Source: Oculina patagonica (lineage: Eukaryota). From it: a DNA stretch of 64,000 nucleotides. The notes below the pieces were generated by a model. The model searched no databases. It was not told where the DNA came from and was given only the letters and a program-made list of their open reading frames with translations. Every line of letters starts with the position of its first letter. Within the stretch, counting starts at the first letter, position 1. The position numbers were made by a program, and so were the translations under genes. The DNA lies in assembly GCF_052425735.1 (NCBI RefSeq), contig NC_135760.1, positions 27,218,001 to 27,282,000 of the forward strand. Reading direction: 5' to 3'. Shown piece by piece: positions 1-12,100 of the stretch.

Positions 1-3000
1 CAAACACTCTATGGAATCCTCCACAGATAAAGAACCAAAGTAGTTCACAAGCCACTAAAGAAAATACAATGAAGTCCATTACAAAAGCACAACATAAAAC
101 AAATGAAACTTATGTACCAAATGGTTTAAAAGTGGCAAGCATTACCTCAGGATTGAGAAGATGAGTGTGGACAATAGCCCTCTTGATGTCAAAAATGTCT
201 GTATAGTGTTCCAAAGCCTGTATGAAACAACATATTTGCATGATTAAAATGATTTTTTTTTAGATTGCTGTCAACAGATACTGGTACAACTATATTAGAG
301 TGATTGACACTGCCATCATTAATAATTCACTGATCATTAACAATCATTTAAATCATCAGCTTGGGGAGGATGCCCAAGTTTGTTTTCACTTGCCATGGTC
401 ACCAAAATGGTAGCAGCTCCGAGCAGTGACAATGTGTCAAAGTTAAATCAAATCTAATTTGCTCAGTAAAATATTGGAGTATCTATAATAAAGAAGTCAA
501 TAAAATCTTTTTGAAGGTTTTCTCAATGTTCAATATCCAAATTTATAAAGGCTATAGTTGAATGATTAGACCATTCATTTGAAAGAGAAAATGTTTTGGA
601 TTTCACTCTGGGCAGAATGTGTTAGCTCTGTGTTGCAAGTGTAAATGCACACTTACCCTCTGCAGCAATCCTGCATTCTCACACAGCTGAGCAATGTGAG
701 CACGATCATAATGAGTAAACATCTGATTACCAAGGATAGCATCTGCAACCTGCCAAAAAAGGGTTTCAATGATTGCATTCAAATCACACAATACTACTAC
801 ACGAGTAAACCCTGGTCATAATCCTCACAATTTCTTATTTTTTTCTTCTCCAACTCCTAAAAAATGCTCACATTTTACTAGTGCCTGGATAATTAGCCAT
901 GACGAGAGGGGAGGCGAAACGAGAACTGGGCCGCCAGAGCACAAGACCGAAGAGGACGAGCCAAAATCGAAAGAGAGAGATGGGATGGACAGCGTCCCCC
1001 ACCACTCCCCAAGAGTATGGCGTGAGACGCGGGGGCGCGCCGTGACATGGTAATTAACTTGAATTAATTGGGGCTTAAGCAAATATGTAGATTTCATAGC
1101 TCTCCAGAATTTATCTTGATTCTAATGGTGTCTACTTGACTTAACTTACTGACTTATTTTCTCCTCCCCAGGACCACACTAGGAAAGCTAGCCCAGGGCA
1201 GAAACAGACCAGAAGTCATCTATGTCCTATGTTCTTTCTAAAACTAAGATACTGATTAAGGGAGTGAGTGGTGGGAAATAGGGCCAGTATTGGTGTTCAC
1301 AGGAAATCTTGACATCACTCTTTCAGTCAACATCATGGGTGTGTCTGCAGGACATCCTAATGTTGCTGACTGAAAGAGTGACAATTGTGTGACACAGCAA
1401 CAGCAGAAGGAGCAAAAAATGTGTGTTATATTAATAACCACTGACCTGAGGTGCAGTGAGGAGGTTCATTTCTAGTAGCCTAGTCTGCAGATGATCTTCA
1501 GTTGGTCTGTTGTTCTTAAGAGCATCCAGAAGGAAAGATGTACATGCCTGAACCTGGTTTGTTTCCATAAAGACATCTACAATCTGAAAGTTACAGAGAA
1601 CAACATGTTATGTGACACCATGTCATATCTGTTATTTCTAGTGTTTCTCATAACAAGTCAAGTTGCGTTTGAGGTTGCTTCTTTCCAGGGTCATTACCAC
1701 AGGAGGGTCATTACTTTTGCTATTTGCTGACAACAGCAAAATTTTATTGATACTTTCCTAGGGTCACTTCTTTCAGAGGGTCGATCGTTACTTTTGCAGT
1801 TTTATAGTATATTTGTTTTAAAAACCTATCTCCAGTTTTGCTTTCCTTTACTGCTCAATTCTTTACATTTGACTTCAACTGCTCCAGCTGTCTCGCACTC
1901 TTGGTGTTGTAGCACTGGGTTGATGATGATGATTCAGCTGTGAAACTCATATTTCTTGTGGTACAGCACAAATACTTTGGCGAGGAACATGCGCATATTT
2001 GCTAGATATGTCCTAGCAGAAGATCATGAGACTACTCATAGTAGCAGCTTGGTTTTCTACTGACCTGGTTGAGGTCTGCAAGTGGCTCTCCTTCATCTTG
2101 TACAAGCATAGAAGCAAACTGACTGCCTGTCTCGGGGTTGATCCTCATCACATTACGAAGAAGGAAGATGTAATCAGGAGTATAGCCAACCTTTTTGGCA
2201 TATAAAACAATCTTCTGGAACTGGCCAGTTTCAGCAAAACACTGGATCACCTGGAGGACAAGAAGATATTTAAAACCATTTTAACAATAGCAGGAAGAGA
2301 TGTGACAATAATATTTATCATACTTTTTAGCCTGTTATCCTTGTGCAATAACAATATCACTCTAATTCCTTCATATACAACAACCATGGTCATGGTTCAA
2401 AAACCATGACCAAAACTGAACAAAACATTACCTTGTTTGGCACATTGGCTCGAAGGTACACTGACAGGGCAAGAGTGGGGTCAACTTGCTTCACCAAATC
2501 ACCAAGCTCTTCACTGCATTCAAGCTGTTGAGAAAAGTAGCCACTTAAATCACTAAACACTACAAGCAACCTGAAAACAATTGAAGACTTTAAAAGGAAA
2601 ACATCAGCCTCTCAGGTTTATAAGAATTTGTTTCATTGATTATTAAAATCATCAATCGAAAGATGGTGATAAGATATTCATCATAGAGGCCAACATTGTT
2701 TCCAAATTGTACTAACAAATTCTGCCATTACAAATTTAGTAATGAACAATCAATCCGCATCCTATTGATGTTGTCTTCATGTATGCCCAAATTTTCGTAA
2801 CTACATAAAGAGTCTCAACACTGAAGAACCCTGTCTGCCACACCTTGTGACAGGCTTCCAGTAACACAACTTGTGGCGATGTAATAAGATTTCACTTCAC
2901 CATACAATTTTCATAATTTTGATGGCTTTGAAAATGACAGATTTCAAGGTGTGGCTGACTAGGGTCCCTTATTTAAGATAAGTATTTATTAAATTGTTAC

Positions 3001-6000
3001 CTTTTCTTCCTTGAGCCACTTCTCAAGAAGCTGTTTTCTTCCTTGTTGTAACACAGGTTTGCAGAGCTCCAGTGACTCAAACTTGTTGAGTTTACCCTGA
3101 TCTAATAAAATGCCAAAATATTGCAGCAAGGGAGATGTCTGGCCTTGCTGAGATGGTACCTGCTGAAACCTCTGGATTGTCTGTGGTGTTCGTAGCACAC
3201 CCTGAATAGAACAAGAGTTTTACATGTAATGCAGCTTCTAAAGATGACAAAACCTTTTTCAAAACTCCTTTCTATGTTTGAACCTCTAAACTCAAAGTGC
3301 CATTATCGGTACATGTACATGTCGCTTTTCCATGAGTGGAACATGAAAGACAGATACATTTGTTAATACCTTTGTTCAGTGCTAATTACCTTTGGTGCGT
3401 TAGCTGCAACTTTTGCTGCTTCAGCATACTGCATGTTGTTGAACAAAGTGTTAAACTTTCGGACAAAAAGTTCCTCAGCTCCAGCCAAATTGTTTCTCAC
3501 AGCCAGACGAAGGGCCAAGTCAGGATTCTGGAGTACATTGGTGATGTATGGAATTATGTTATCTTCCTCAATGCTTACTGACAATACCTGAAATAAATGA
3601 AACAATTTTTTGAGTAAAATATAAATTGAACAGGTTGAAAATGAAAGTAATAATATTGTTAACTCTACCTGTCCTTTTCTGTTCACACCAATAATGCCAT
3701 CAGTAGGTTCATGAGGTGCTGTTACAAAGATTGTATCTCCACTGATTCTGTTCATGTAAATGCAGGAGCCACTCTCTATATCATACAGATGGATATATCC
3801 ATACTTGGTGATAAGGAACACTATCCCATGTTTCTGGCTCACCTAAAAGGTCATTAAGATGTTTTAAGTTAGTCACAGACCTGGTCCTTAGTATTTTTGT
3901 GATCAGGTGGCTAAAGATAAACTTGTAACATAAGGCAAGCTGCATTTAAACAAAGTTAAAAAAAAATCAAACAGAATAGATAACTAGTTTTGTTATCAGA
4001 GGAGGAAACAGCTCTCTTAGTATTTTTATATTTTATATCTATTTATATAATATTAGTGTTTTTATATTTTAATCTATTATATAATATTAGTATAAGTAAA
4101 TTATAGTGCCCCATTAGCCAGCTAAAACCTGACACTTAAATAAAGTATGTATGTATGTATGTATGTCACAATATAATGTGTTGCTGCAGAAAATATCCAT
4201 ACCCCATCAAAGAGGGGTTTTGGTTTCAACCCCACACCCCAACCCACTAGAAATTTCAGCTTAGCTTCATACTTTTCTTCAAAAGTTTTGGCCTTTTAGA
4301 CCCCCTCCCCGTTGGAATTTCCAATGACGTACTTTACCTGCATGGCCACAGGGAAGTCATTCTGAGCTTCTGGTGGAAACAGCACTTCCACTGCCTTTTT
4401 CACAAATGGCTGATTTCCTGTGGGAGGGGTCCCAACTTCAATGACATGTAACTGTCAACAAAATCAAAGCAACACTATTGTGGAAAACTTGTAACATTGC
4501 AGTCAATTACTCATTCATACAACATTTGTTTTCTTACATTGAAGCTTCTTTACTCAGAGTGTAGCTTATATTACTTCAAGAGTGGTATACTGCAGGTGTT
4601 TATAGTAATTTTAATTGTCAGGATAATTTTAGTAATTTCCATTTCAAATTTTCATTTATTTTCTGGACATCTTGTTAAGACTAGCATTCTTTACTGCTGA
4701 AATTCCTTCCAGTCTAAATACAGTATTTATTATCATTATGCTGGGTGAAAGAGAGCATGACAAACCAAAAGAATAGGTTGACCATCATAAGAGGTTAATC
4801 ATTTTGCAAGAGATCAAGGAACCCTTTTTGTCTGAGCAAGTCAATGTCATCCACCTATTTGCTCAGACAAAGGGCTAACACTTGACCAAAGCATCAGCTA
4901 TACTCCATAACCCCAAAATAATTCACAACTGATATTCATTAATAAGTGTATAAAACAAAATATAAAAAGTAGTTTTGTATTAGGTAACACAGACGTTGAT
5001 ACACGAAGCAGCCCTTCAGAAAATAATATGAAGTTTCATACACAAGGTGTGCCATCAATCGAAAGATGGTGATGATATGTTCATCATCAGGGCTTTGCTG
5101 TACAAACAAAGTAGACCCTTCTTACCTTTCCTCCTTGAGCACCTCTTACAGCAAAACTGAAAAGAGTAGATTCCTGAGCATTTCCTTCCATCTTGAACTG
5201 CATGAAGGCCGCAGCATGCCCCTCAATTGGTTGACTGACCTTTCGCTCTGTTGAGTACAGCTGCATAGCACCTACAACTCGGTTTTGCTGCAATGAAAAG
5301 ACCCAATAAAACAACATGAACTTCATTTCCACCATTCTTGAGGAAGACCAACATGAACAGTGACATTCAGTTAGTGAAATTCAGTGTGTCCTAAATACAA
5401 TCACCAAGGCAATGTCTGCTTTAAGACATCACACACAGTTTACCGATGCTTTTTATTAGTAAAGTAATTTAACACAGCCCTTTCTTCTATATTAAATTGA
5501 GCACTATATGTACCTGAGCTGAAATGCCGATCAAGAGGAGCCATGTGGCATCTTTGTTAGTTCTGTAATTTATAATCTGACACCCAGCAAGACTTGAATG
5601 GCGGTCAAACATCTTGTAAGGTTGAGAATCACCTGATTGGGAATTGAAAAACAACAACAGAAAGGATAAATTCTTTTTACATGTATTTTCTTATTAATAA
5701 ACAAAACATTTTGAACTATCCATTGTTTTGAACTAACTCAATAGTTTCAAAAATGAAGCTTTGAATCAGCATTGTAACATAGAATTGTCAATGATGGCTA
5801 CTGAAGGCAAATGCTCAGCAAGCATTCCAATAGTTAATATTACAATAGTTAATATTATACACTATAATTGTTGACTGACTGACTGACTGATTGATTGATT
5901 GATTTACTGATTGATTGATTGCATTACCTTCCATAGACCAATGATAAACAGTAGTCTCAGTGACAAGAGCAAGGGTGTTGACATTGATCCATTTCCAGAA

Positions 6001-8439
6001 AGTGACATCCTCCACCATGGTATGTGCTTTCATCTTGCTTTTCATTTCAATGTTAAAGATCTGAAGAGTTCTTCCAGCTGAAAAATGGAAGAGATAAACA
6101 TGTATATTGTGTATAACATTACACAAAATGTTTATAGTGTACTATAGAAAGTAGAATAACCCACTTTAAGTAACTTGTGAGACTTACCGGTACTCACTTT
6201 TCTCCTTGTGGTTGTTGGCCAGGTAAAATGCACAGCTGCTTGAATTTCAGTGTTGATAATTTGAATCATCATATAAAACTCAATCTTATTACCTGCCTAA
6301 GATTCTAACTTTATATATCATTATTTCCAAAATACAAGCAAGCAAATACAACACAGGCAATTGTTTCCCAAACAACTCTTCGAAATGTTTCATTTTTACC
6401 AAGTTATCAACACAAAGCTCAAGCCAGCCAGTTTAGCTGTTTTATTGGAGTAAGAGAAACACATTTTGGTTCATAAACATTTAAGCGCAATAGAAATTAT
6501 GATTATAGTTTTGAGTAATTGAAAAAAATATAAGAATAAACAAGCAAACATATTTTTCCTTTGTGCTAAGCTGCATGCCTGTTGTTCACTTATCTGAGAT
6601 GCACTGTTCTTTAAAATGCAAGAACTAAACACCTACCTTTGAGTGCAATGACTCTTGACTTGGGATTCATAATAGCAGAGTCTGCAGAAATTGGTCTTCT
6701 TGTTGGATTATTTGCATCAGCTAAGTCAATGATGACCACTTGAGCCGTCTCACCAACTTTTTCCCGTACACAAATAAATTTGTCCGACTCCATAGTGAGA
6801 GTGGAGAAACCAATGTTAGCAGCATTGATGCCAACACTTTGCAGCTGAAATAAAGAAAACATGTGATAAACAAAACTGGAATGTTCAGTAAACACAATAC
6901 CTTTAACAACTGGAATATTGGAGAATATTACAGTTCTCATTGCTAAGCTCATTTAGAGCATATAAAAGGCAAAGTGGGCAAGAAGCAGAGGCAAACTCTA
7001 AATAGAACACCAAGACTAATTCAAAATACAGCACCATACAGAAACCAGGCACAAAGTAATTCTGAACCCAGCAACATAAATTTGAGCCAAGTTATAAGAA
7101 TATAAATTCTAAACTTAGAATTTTTAACCAAGTTCTGAAACAACTCTCTAGAAGGTTTGCACTGAGTGACAAGAATATAACAGTATCCATTGACAACATA
7201 GGTTGACTGCCAGGCACTGGGCAACAAAACAAGTCAGCTAAAAACTCCAGCAAGCAAGAGGAGTACCAGCTATGAAAGAAGTTTGCATGCACCTGTAATC
7301 TATGACATTGTCAAAAGAAACAAAAAACTTTGAGTGTCAACAGTGGGATTCAAATGGTTTCCTGTTTATACAATTTTCACCAGACAGGTCCTCGGCTCAG
7401 CATGGTTGCCTAACAGTACATTTTTTATCAAATAAATAATAGTTATTGGTATAAAGTGTAAGAGGTTGATGTCCTTTAATTTCATGACTAGCTTACTTTA
7501 TTTTGTTATGAAAATGGAACTGGAAGTGTAAATCTGCCAAAAGATGATTCTGGGTTTTTATGTTATTGAAGAACAGCAAGCAAAAACATAAAATTTGTAA
7601 CCAAATCCAAGTTTTGACATAATGTAAACTTAGATTATTTCTATTCAGTTGTTTCTCAATAGTTAATGTACAATTTTCAACTGTACACTGGCGTCAGGAC
7701 AATAATTAACAGACATTTATTCATACCATCATTTCAATGACAAGCTAAGAGTTGTATAATTTTTCCCAACCCTCCAAAGGAACGAACATGATCTCTGTAT
7801 TATTAAATATCGGGAAGTGAATGACATGTAGCAAACTACAAAGGAAAGATATTGGTCCGCCTCTAATCCACATTTTTACCTTATGAACGAACTTCCCAAC
7901 AAATGATGCATATTTTATTGAGCGTTGTGGAATAGCTGAGAGCCGACTGGGGTAAATAAACTGCTTTGAAAACACAGCTCTTTATGTGAGTAATCAAAAT
8001 ACACTAGCAAGGTGTAGTATTTTAAAGAAATCATTTACAACGATGATAAGACTTGAAGAGAATATAACATCTTTAAACTGAAGATATAGGAGATGACACT
8101 AGCTCTCTTACAAAAATTCATTGTACAAGTAGCATAAATAAGCTGAAAGCTAATCGTCGGCTCATAAGTTCCTGTTCCCGAAACGAACGCTTCATATTTC
8201 AACATTTGTATAAACCAAGAGCAATCAGCCGCATTTTTCAAAATATTATACATATGTGCATAAGAAAAGAGACATAAATTCTTGTTTTAACTTCAAGAAG
8301 CTTTACTGCCTTTCGATCTACTGTGACAGAACCATGCGCTCAAAAGAGCGAAAGGAATATAGTAGTGCATATCCATAGATCAGACTCGCGCACTAACCTG
8401 AAGATGTTCTTGGAACCTAATGGGTAAAAGCTGCGCCAT
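1..8439 (-). CDS. CLTC: Clathrin heavy chain, 5' part (N-terminal propeller to first CHCR repeats; ~668 codons visible, continues past left edge)
   Basis: Starts [14 protein letters not shown]. Exons, all GT-AG and phase-consistent: 8398-8439, 6637-6844, 5928-6077, 5514-5632, 5126-5287, 4338-4451, 3669-3842, 3390-3587, 3001-3201, 2432-2524, 2065-2250, 1446-1583, 657-749, 146-217, 1-54. Peptides [43 protein letters not shown] and [24 protein letters not shown] are diagnostic of clathrin heavy chain. Confidence 0.98.
1315..1381 (-). other. 67-nt intronic stem-loop
   Basis: Perfect 15-bp inverted repeat TCACTCTTTCAGTCA/TGACTGAAAGAGTGA with further inner pairing. Confidence 0.6.
4105..4166 (+). 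repeat. Probable 3' stub of a non-LTR retroelement ending AATAAA+(GTAT)n
   Basis: AATAAA directly followed by a GTAT tetranucleotide tail. The same layout occurs at ~47110-47195 (TTA tail) and ~47595-47666 (CTTA tail). Confidence 0.45.
5871..5920. repeat. (GACT)n/(GATT)n microsatellite
   Basis: Directly visible beside the CLTC exon 3 donor. Confidence 0.9.
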
Positions 8440-9165
8440 TTTCACTCAGTTCTTCCACGGAAGGTCCAACTAGCGACTGGAATACTTTAAAGGGCCAAAA
8501 GGCGCCAATTACAAGAGAAATACACGTAGAAATCGAGTCCCTAATCAGTGCTTGGTACAAACGAACATGGAGGACTCGTTGGCAGCCGGTGTGGTTATTG
8601 GAACGAGGCTAGAGGGAGGTGCCACGTGAGAAATATGGCGGACATCGGGTCACGTGTTACATCCTGTATTTGTTCCTGAATCTTGACAATCATCAATGTA
8701 CTTTGATTATTGTATTTCGGGTATAAAAAAAAAAACAATTTTGGAATAAAAAAAACGCTCTTTGTATTTTTTCAGGTTACTGCACTTTTGATATTTATCA
8801 TAACAGATAATTTAAAAATATGTTGCTCAATTAATTTGATTTGATTTTATGTTTTATAGAAATAGGTTACTTTTTACCCAAAGTACATGTGGAGATATCT
8901 AGACTTGGATAATGGAAATACATTTGAAAAGGATTTTTTTTTTTATTGAAAAATTTGGAAATTTTATTAATCTTTGCAATGACTCAAGGGAAGACATCAT
9001 GAAGGAAGTGTACCAGTTCGCAAAGGTTCATGGGAATATTGTCACGCGTGTGTGGTTGTATGAAGGTAATCAAATTGCCGAGGGCTCGAAAAAGTGCAAG
9101 TTTTAAAGATTGTAAACAAGGTTAAACGGCAAAAGATAGCTCCATGGCTTAGGCGATGAGCGGAA
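8440..9165. promoter_or_regulatory. Bidirectional promoter/5'UTR region between CLTC and SETD1
   Basis: Divergent start codons 726 bp apart. CpG-richer core at ~8570-8660 has E-boxes CACGTG (8623-8628) and GTCACGTG (8649-8656) and a YY1-like ATGGCGG (8635-8641). Confidence 0.65.
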
Positions 9166-12100
9166 ATGTCCTATGAACCACCAGTTCCTTCAAGGAAACT
9201 TGGCTTTGGTGATGCAAAAGCTCCCGAAAGCAACAGTAGATTACAATCACGTCTTAGTCATGGAGAGAAGCCAGGCATGTATAATGCATATTTGCAGTGC
9301 GTAAACAGGCTAAAAACTGTGATTTCACGAAATCGTTTTGATCAGTAGTTTCGTTTTTGTAACGTGTGTTCTTTATCTTAGTAGTGAATGGTCTATCGAG
9401 ATCACTGCCCCGTTTTGAAGAGAATGTCCAGAGAGAAGATTTCAAACTTCTGATAGATCCCGCCATAAAGAAAGGACATGCTAAAATCTACAGATACAAT
9501 GGAGTATTTCCAGGGGTAAGATTATTAATCGTGGATAAATGTGTCGTGATCTTCCATCGTATTATCTGTAGAACTTTTCTAAACTTGTTTGTTTTACTTC
9601 TAGCAACCACCGGTTGTCCCAAAGGACCCTCGCTCCAGGAGAACGAGAATATGGACTCTCAACAAAGCCGATTTACCAGTTCCTAATTTCAAGGTTTGTT
9701 TTGGTCCACGATCTGCCTTAAAACCAATACTTGAAGCTGTTTGTGAACACTTTTGTAAACTTTTTTTATAAATATATCTGATTTATTGACATGGCAATTG
9801 TTGTTGCCTGGCCAATTAAGCGATTGCCACTTTATCTAAGTAAGCTTATTGTTTTGGTGATTCCCTTTTTAATAGGTGGACAAGTGGTATGTAGGAATTC
9901 CTCCACAACGCGAAGTCCACTTTTCAGGATTAAATGACAATGTGGACAAGAAGTTTCTACAAGAGATGTGTGAACGCTATGGGCGAATCGATGCCATCAA
10001 AATATACTATGATCCACAAACAAAGAAACACACCGGAAAGGCTCGTGTGACTTTTGCTACTACCACCGCTGCTAAAATGACAGTTTCTAAATTGGATCAC
10101 ACTTCAGTAATGGGAAACATCATAAAGGCACAGATCGATCCAAATATCAAAGGTAATTTTAGGTCTATGCTCTTTCCTTCGACTATGAACGATTTGTGAT
10201 TAAGCTGGGTTTTCAGTAATGTGTGACCCTCTATTGATGTTTGTGTGTTACTAGTATTGTTTCCGATGACAGTTGTACATTTCAATTTTGTTTTGTACAA
10301 GTGCATTGTGGGAAACTTCCCAACGAGCAGAGTTGGTACTGCACAGAGCTGATAATTGATTTAGGCTATCATGTTGATAATTTCGCAGTTTACACAAAAA
10401 ACAGACTTCTATTTTCTCTAATATTTTGTTATACATTATGTACTCTGTTTTCTTTTCAGTTAAGGTCTTATATCTTTTGGTAACTGCAGTCTTTCTCCTC
10501 ATTCATTAAATTACAGATTGATTGTAAAATATAAAAGATCATATAAAACATGTGAAGCGAATATTGTATTGAAGTAAGGTGAATTAGTAATGGAAGTGTC
10601 ATAATCCCAAAGCATCCAGCTGATTTTCACAATATTTACTGCAATCTTACATTATTGAAGTTTTTATGTATGTGTTGTGGTTTAAATTTATCTTTGGTTT
10701 AAATTTTTTTAACCAGTTTGATTTTCATATTTCATTGTCTCAAATTCATTATCATAACATGAAACAAAAGGAAATAAAAATCAAACTGGTTTGAAAAAAA
10801 TTAAACCAAAGAAAAATTTGAACCACAACATATGCATTTTGCCTGAAGATAAGAATTTGAGGCGAAGTTCTTTCTTGTCATTAAAATTCAAGGTTTTTTC
10901 CTGTTTATTTCAATCATCACTGTCACAGTTTTACATGTTCCATTATTGTAATGAGTAAATATTATCAAATATTTAAGTTTCTAATAATGTTTATATATGG
11001 TTGCCATCTTGCCTGAAACTTAAGTTCTGTTGTTTATCATAGCTATATATTTCTCTGTTGTAATTTCACCTTAACAATTTCCTAAAAACCAATCATGGAG
11101 ATTTGACAATAAAAAATTTGGTTCCTAAATGGAAAAGTGGACACTTGCAAGTTAACCTTAAGGTTAACCTAAAGGTTAAGTGGCGTTCAACTGAATCCAT
11201 CATTTCACTGTTACAATAGAAATAACAATTTGCCTGCTCCAGGCCAGTAACAGAGCTTTTGTATCGGAAATCAGTTGTGCTTGAGAATCAGCCATCAGGA
11301 TTTTAATTGAAAGGTAGGTCATATGACTCCCTGCAGGAAAAGAGTCTCAAAGTTCCACAAATGATAAACCAAAGCAAACATTATCTTAAACAGTCATTAG
11401 ATTTTGGCATACCATGGTTACGGTATAATTTATACTAGTAAATATTTTTTCTCTTTTTGATAAGCTCCTGAAGATGCTTGTCATGCGTACCCAATATTTT
11501 TGTTTAATTTAGTGTAGTCAATGTGCAATGTTTATGCTTTTCTGGTAACAATGTTTTGTGATTTTAGGACATGACATTCATGGCAAACTTCCTCCAGCAA
11601 GACGAAATTCAGGCCACGAGAGCTGTCCCACCCCTACTTCTCATTCCTCAACTCACTTGCCAACTCCATCACCTTCCATGATATCACAGTCGTCATCTGC
11701 AGATGGTTCAGTGATATCACCTTCACTACTGCTGATGAAAAGCCCTGCATCATCAGTGCGACTTCCAGCAGATGTTTGGGGAGCGTCACTTAGTAACTCA
11801 TGGGACAGGACAACAGCAGGTGCCAACAAGTTGCCTCAGAGTGGTTCAGCCTTTATGTCCCCACAAAGTGTGTCATCTGCACAGTCTACATTTGAACCAG
11901 TCTCACCGCCACATGTTTTCCACAAGAATGACGAGCCCCCACCACCTCCACCACCAAGCTCAAATCCACCACCACCACCAGTGGAGAGAAGTTCATCTAA
12001 AGAGCCCCCACCACCACCCCCTAATGAGAAATCTGGTACAGCTCCTTGCATAAAGTATGAAGACATATCTCCTGATCCTGTATTTTCCCCTAGAGATGAA

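Noticed and set aside
769-1097. 94-aa and 90-aa ORFs in a CLTC intron
   Set aside because: No recognisable domain; they arise from the GC-rich insert.
1880-2035. Intronic snoRNA in CLTC
   Set aside because: Only partial box-like words; no convincing C/D pair or H/ACA double hairpin.
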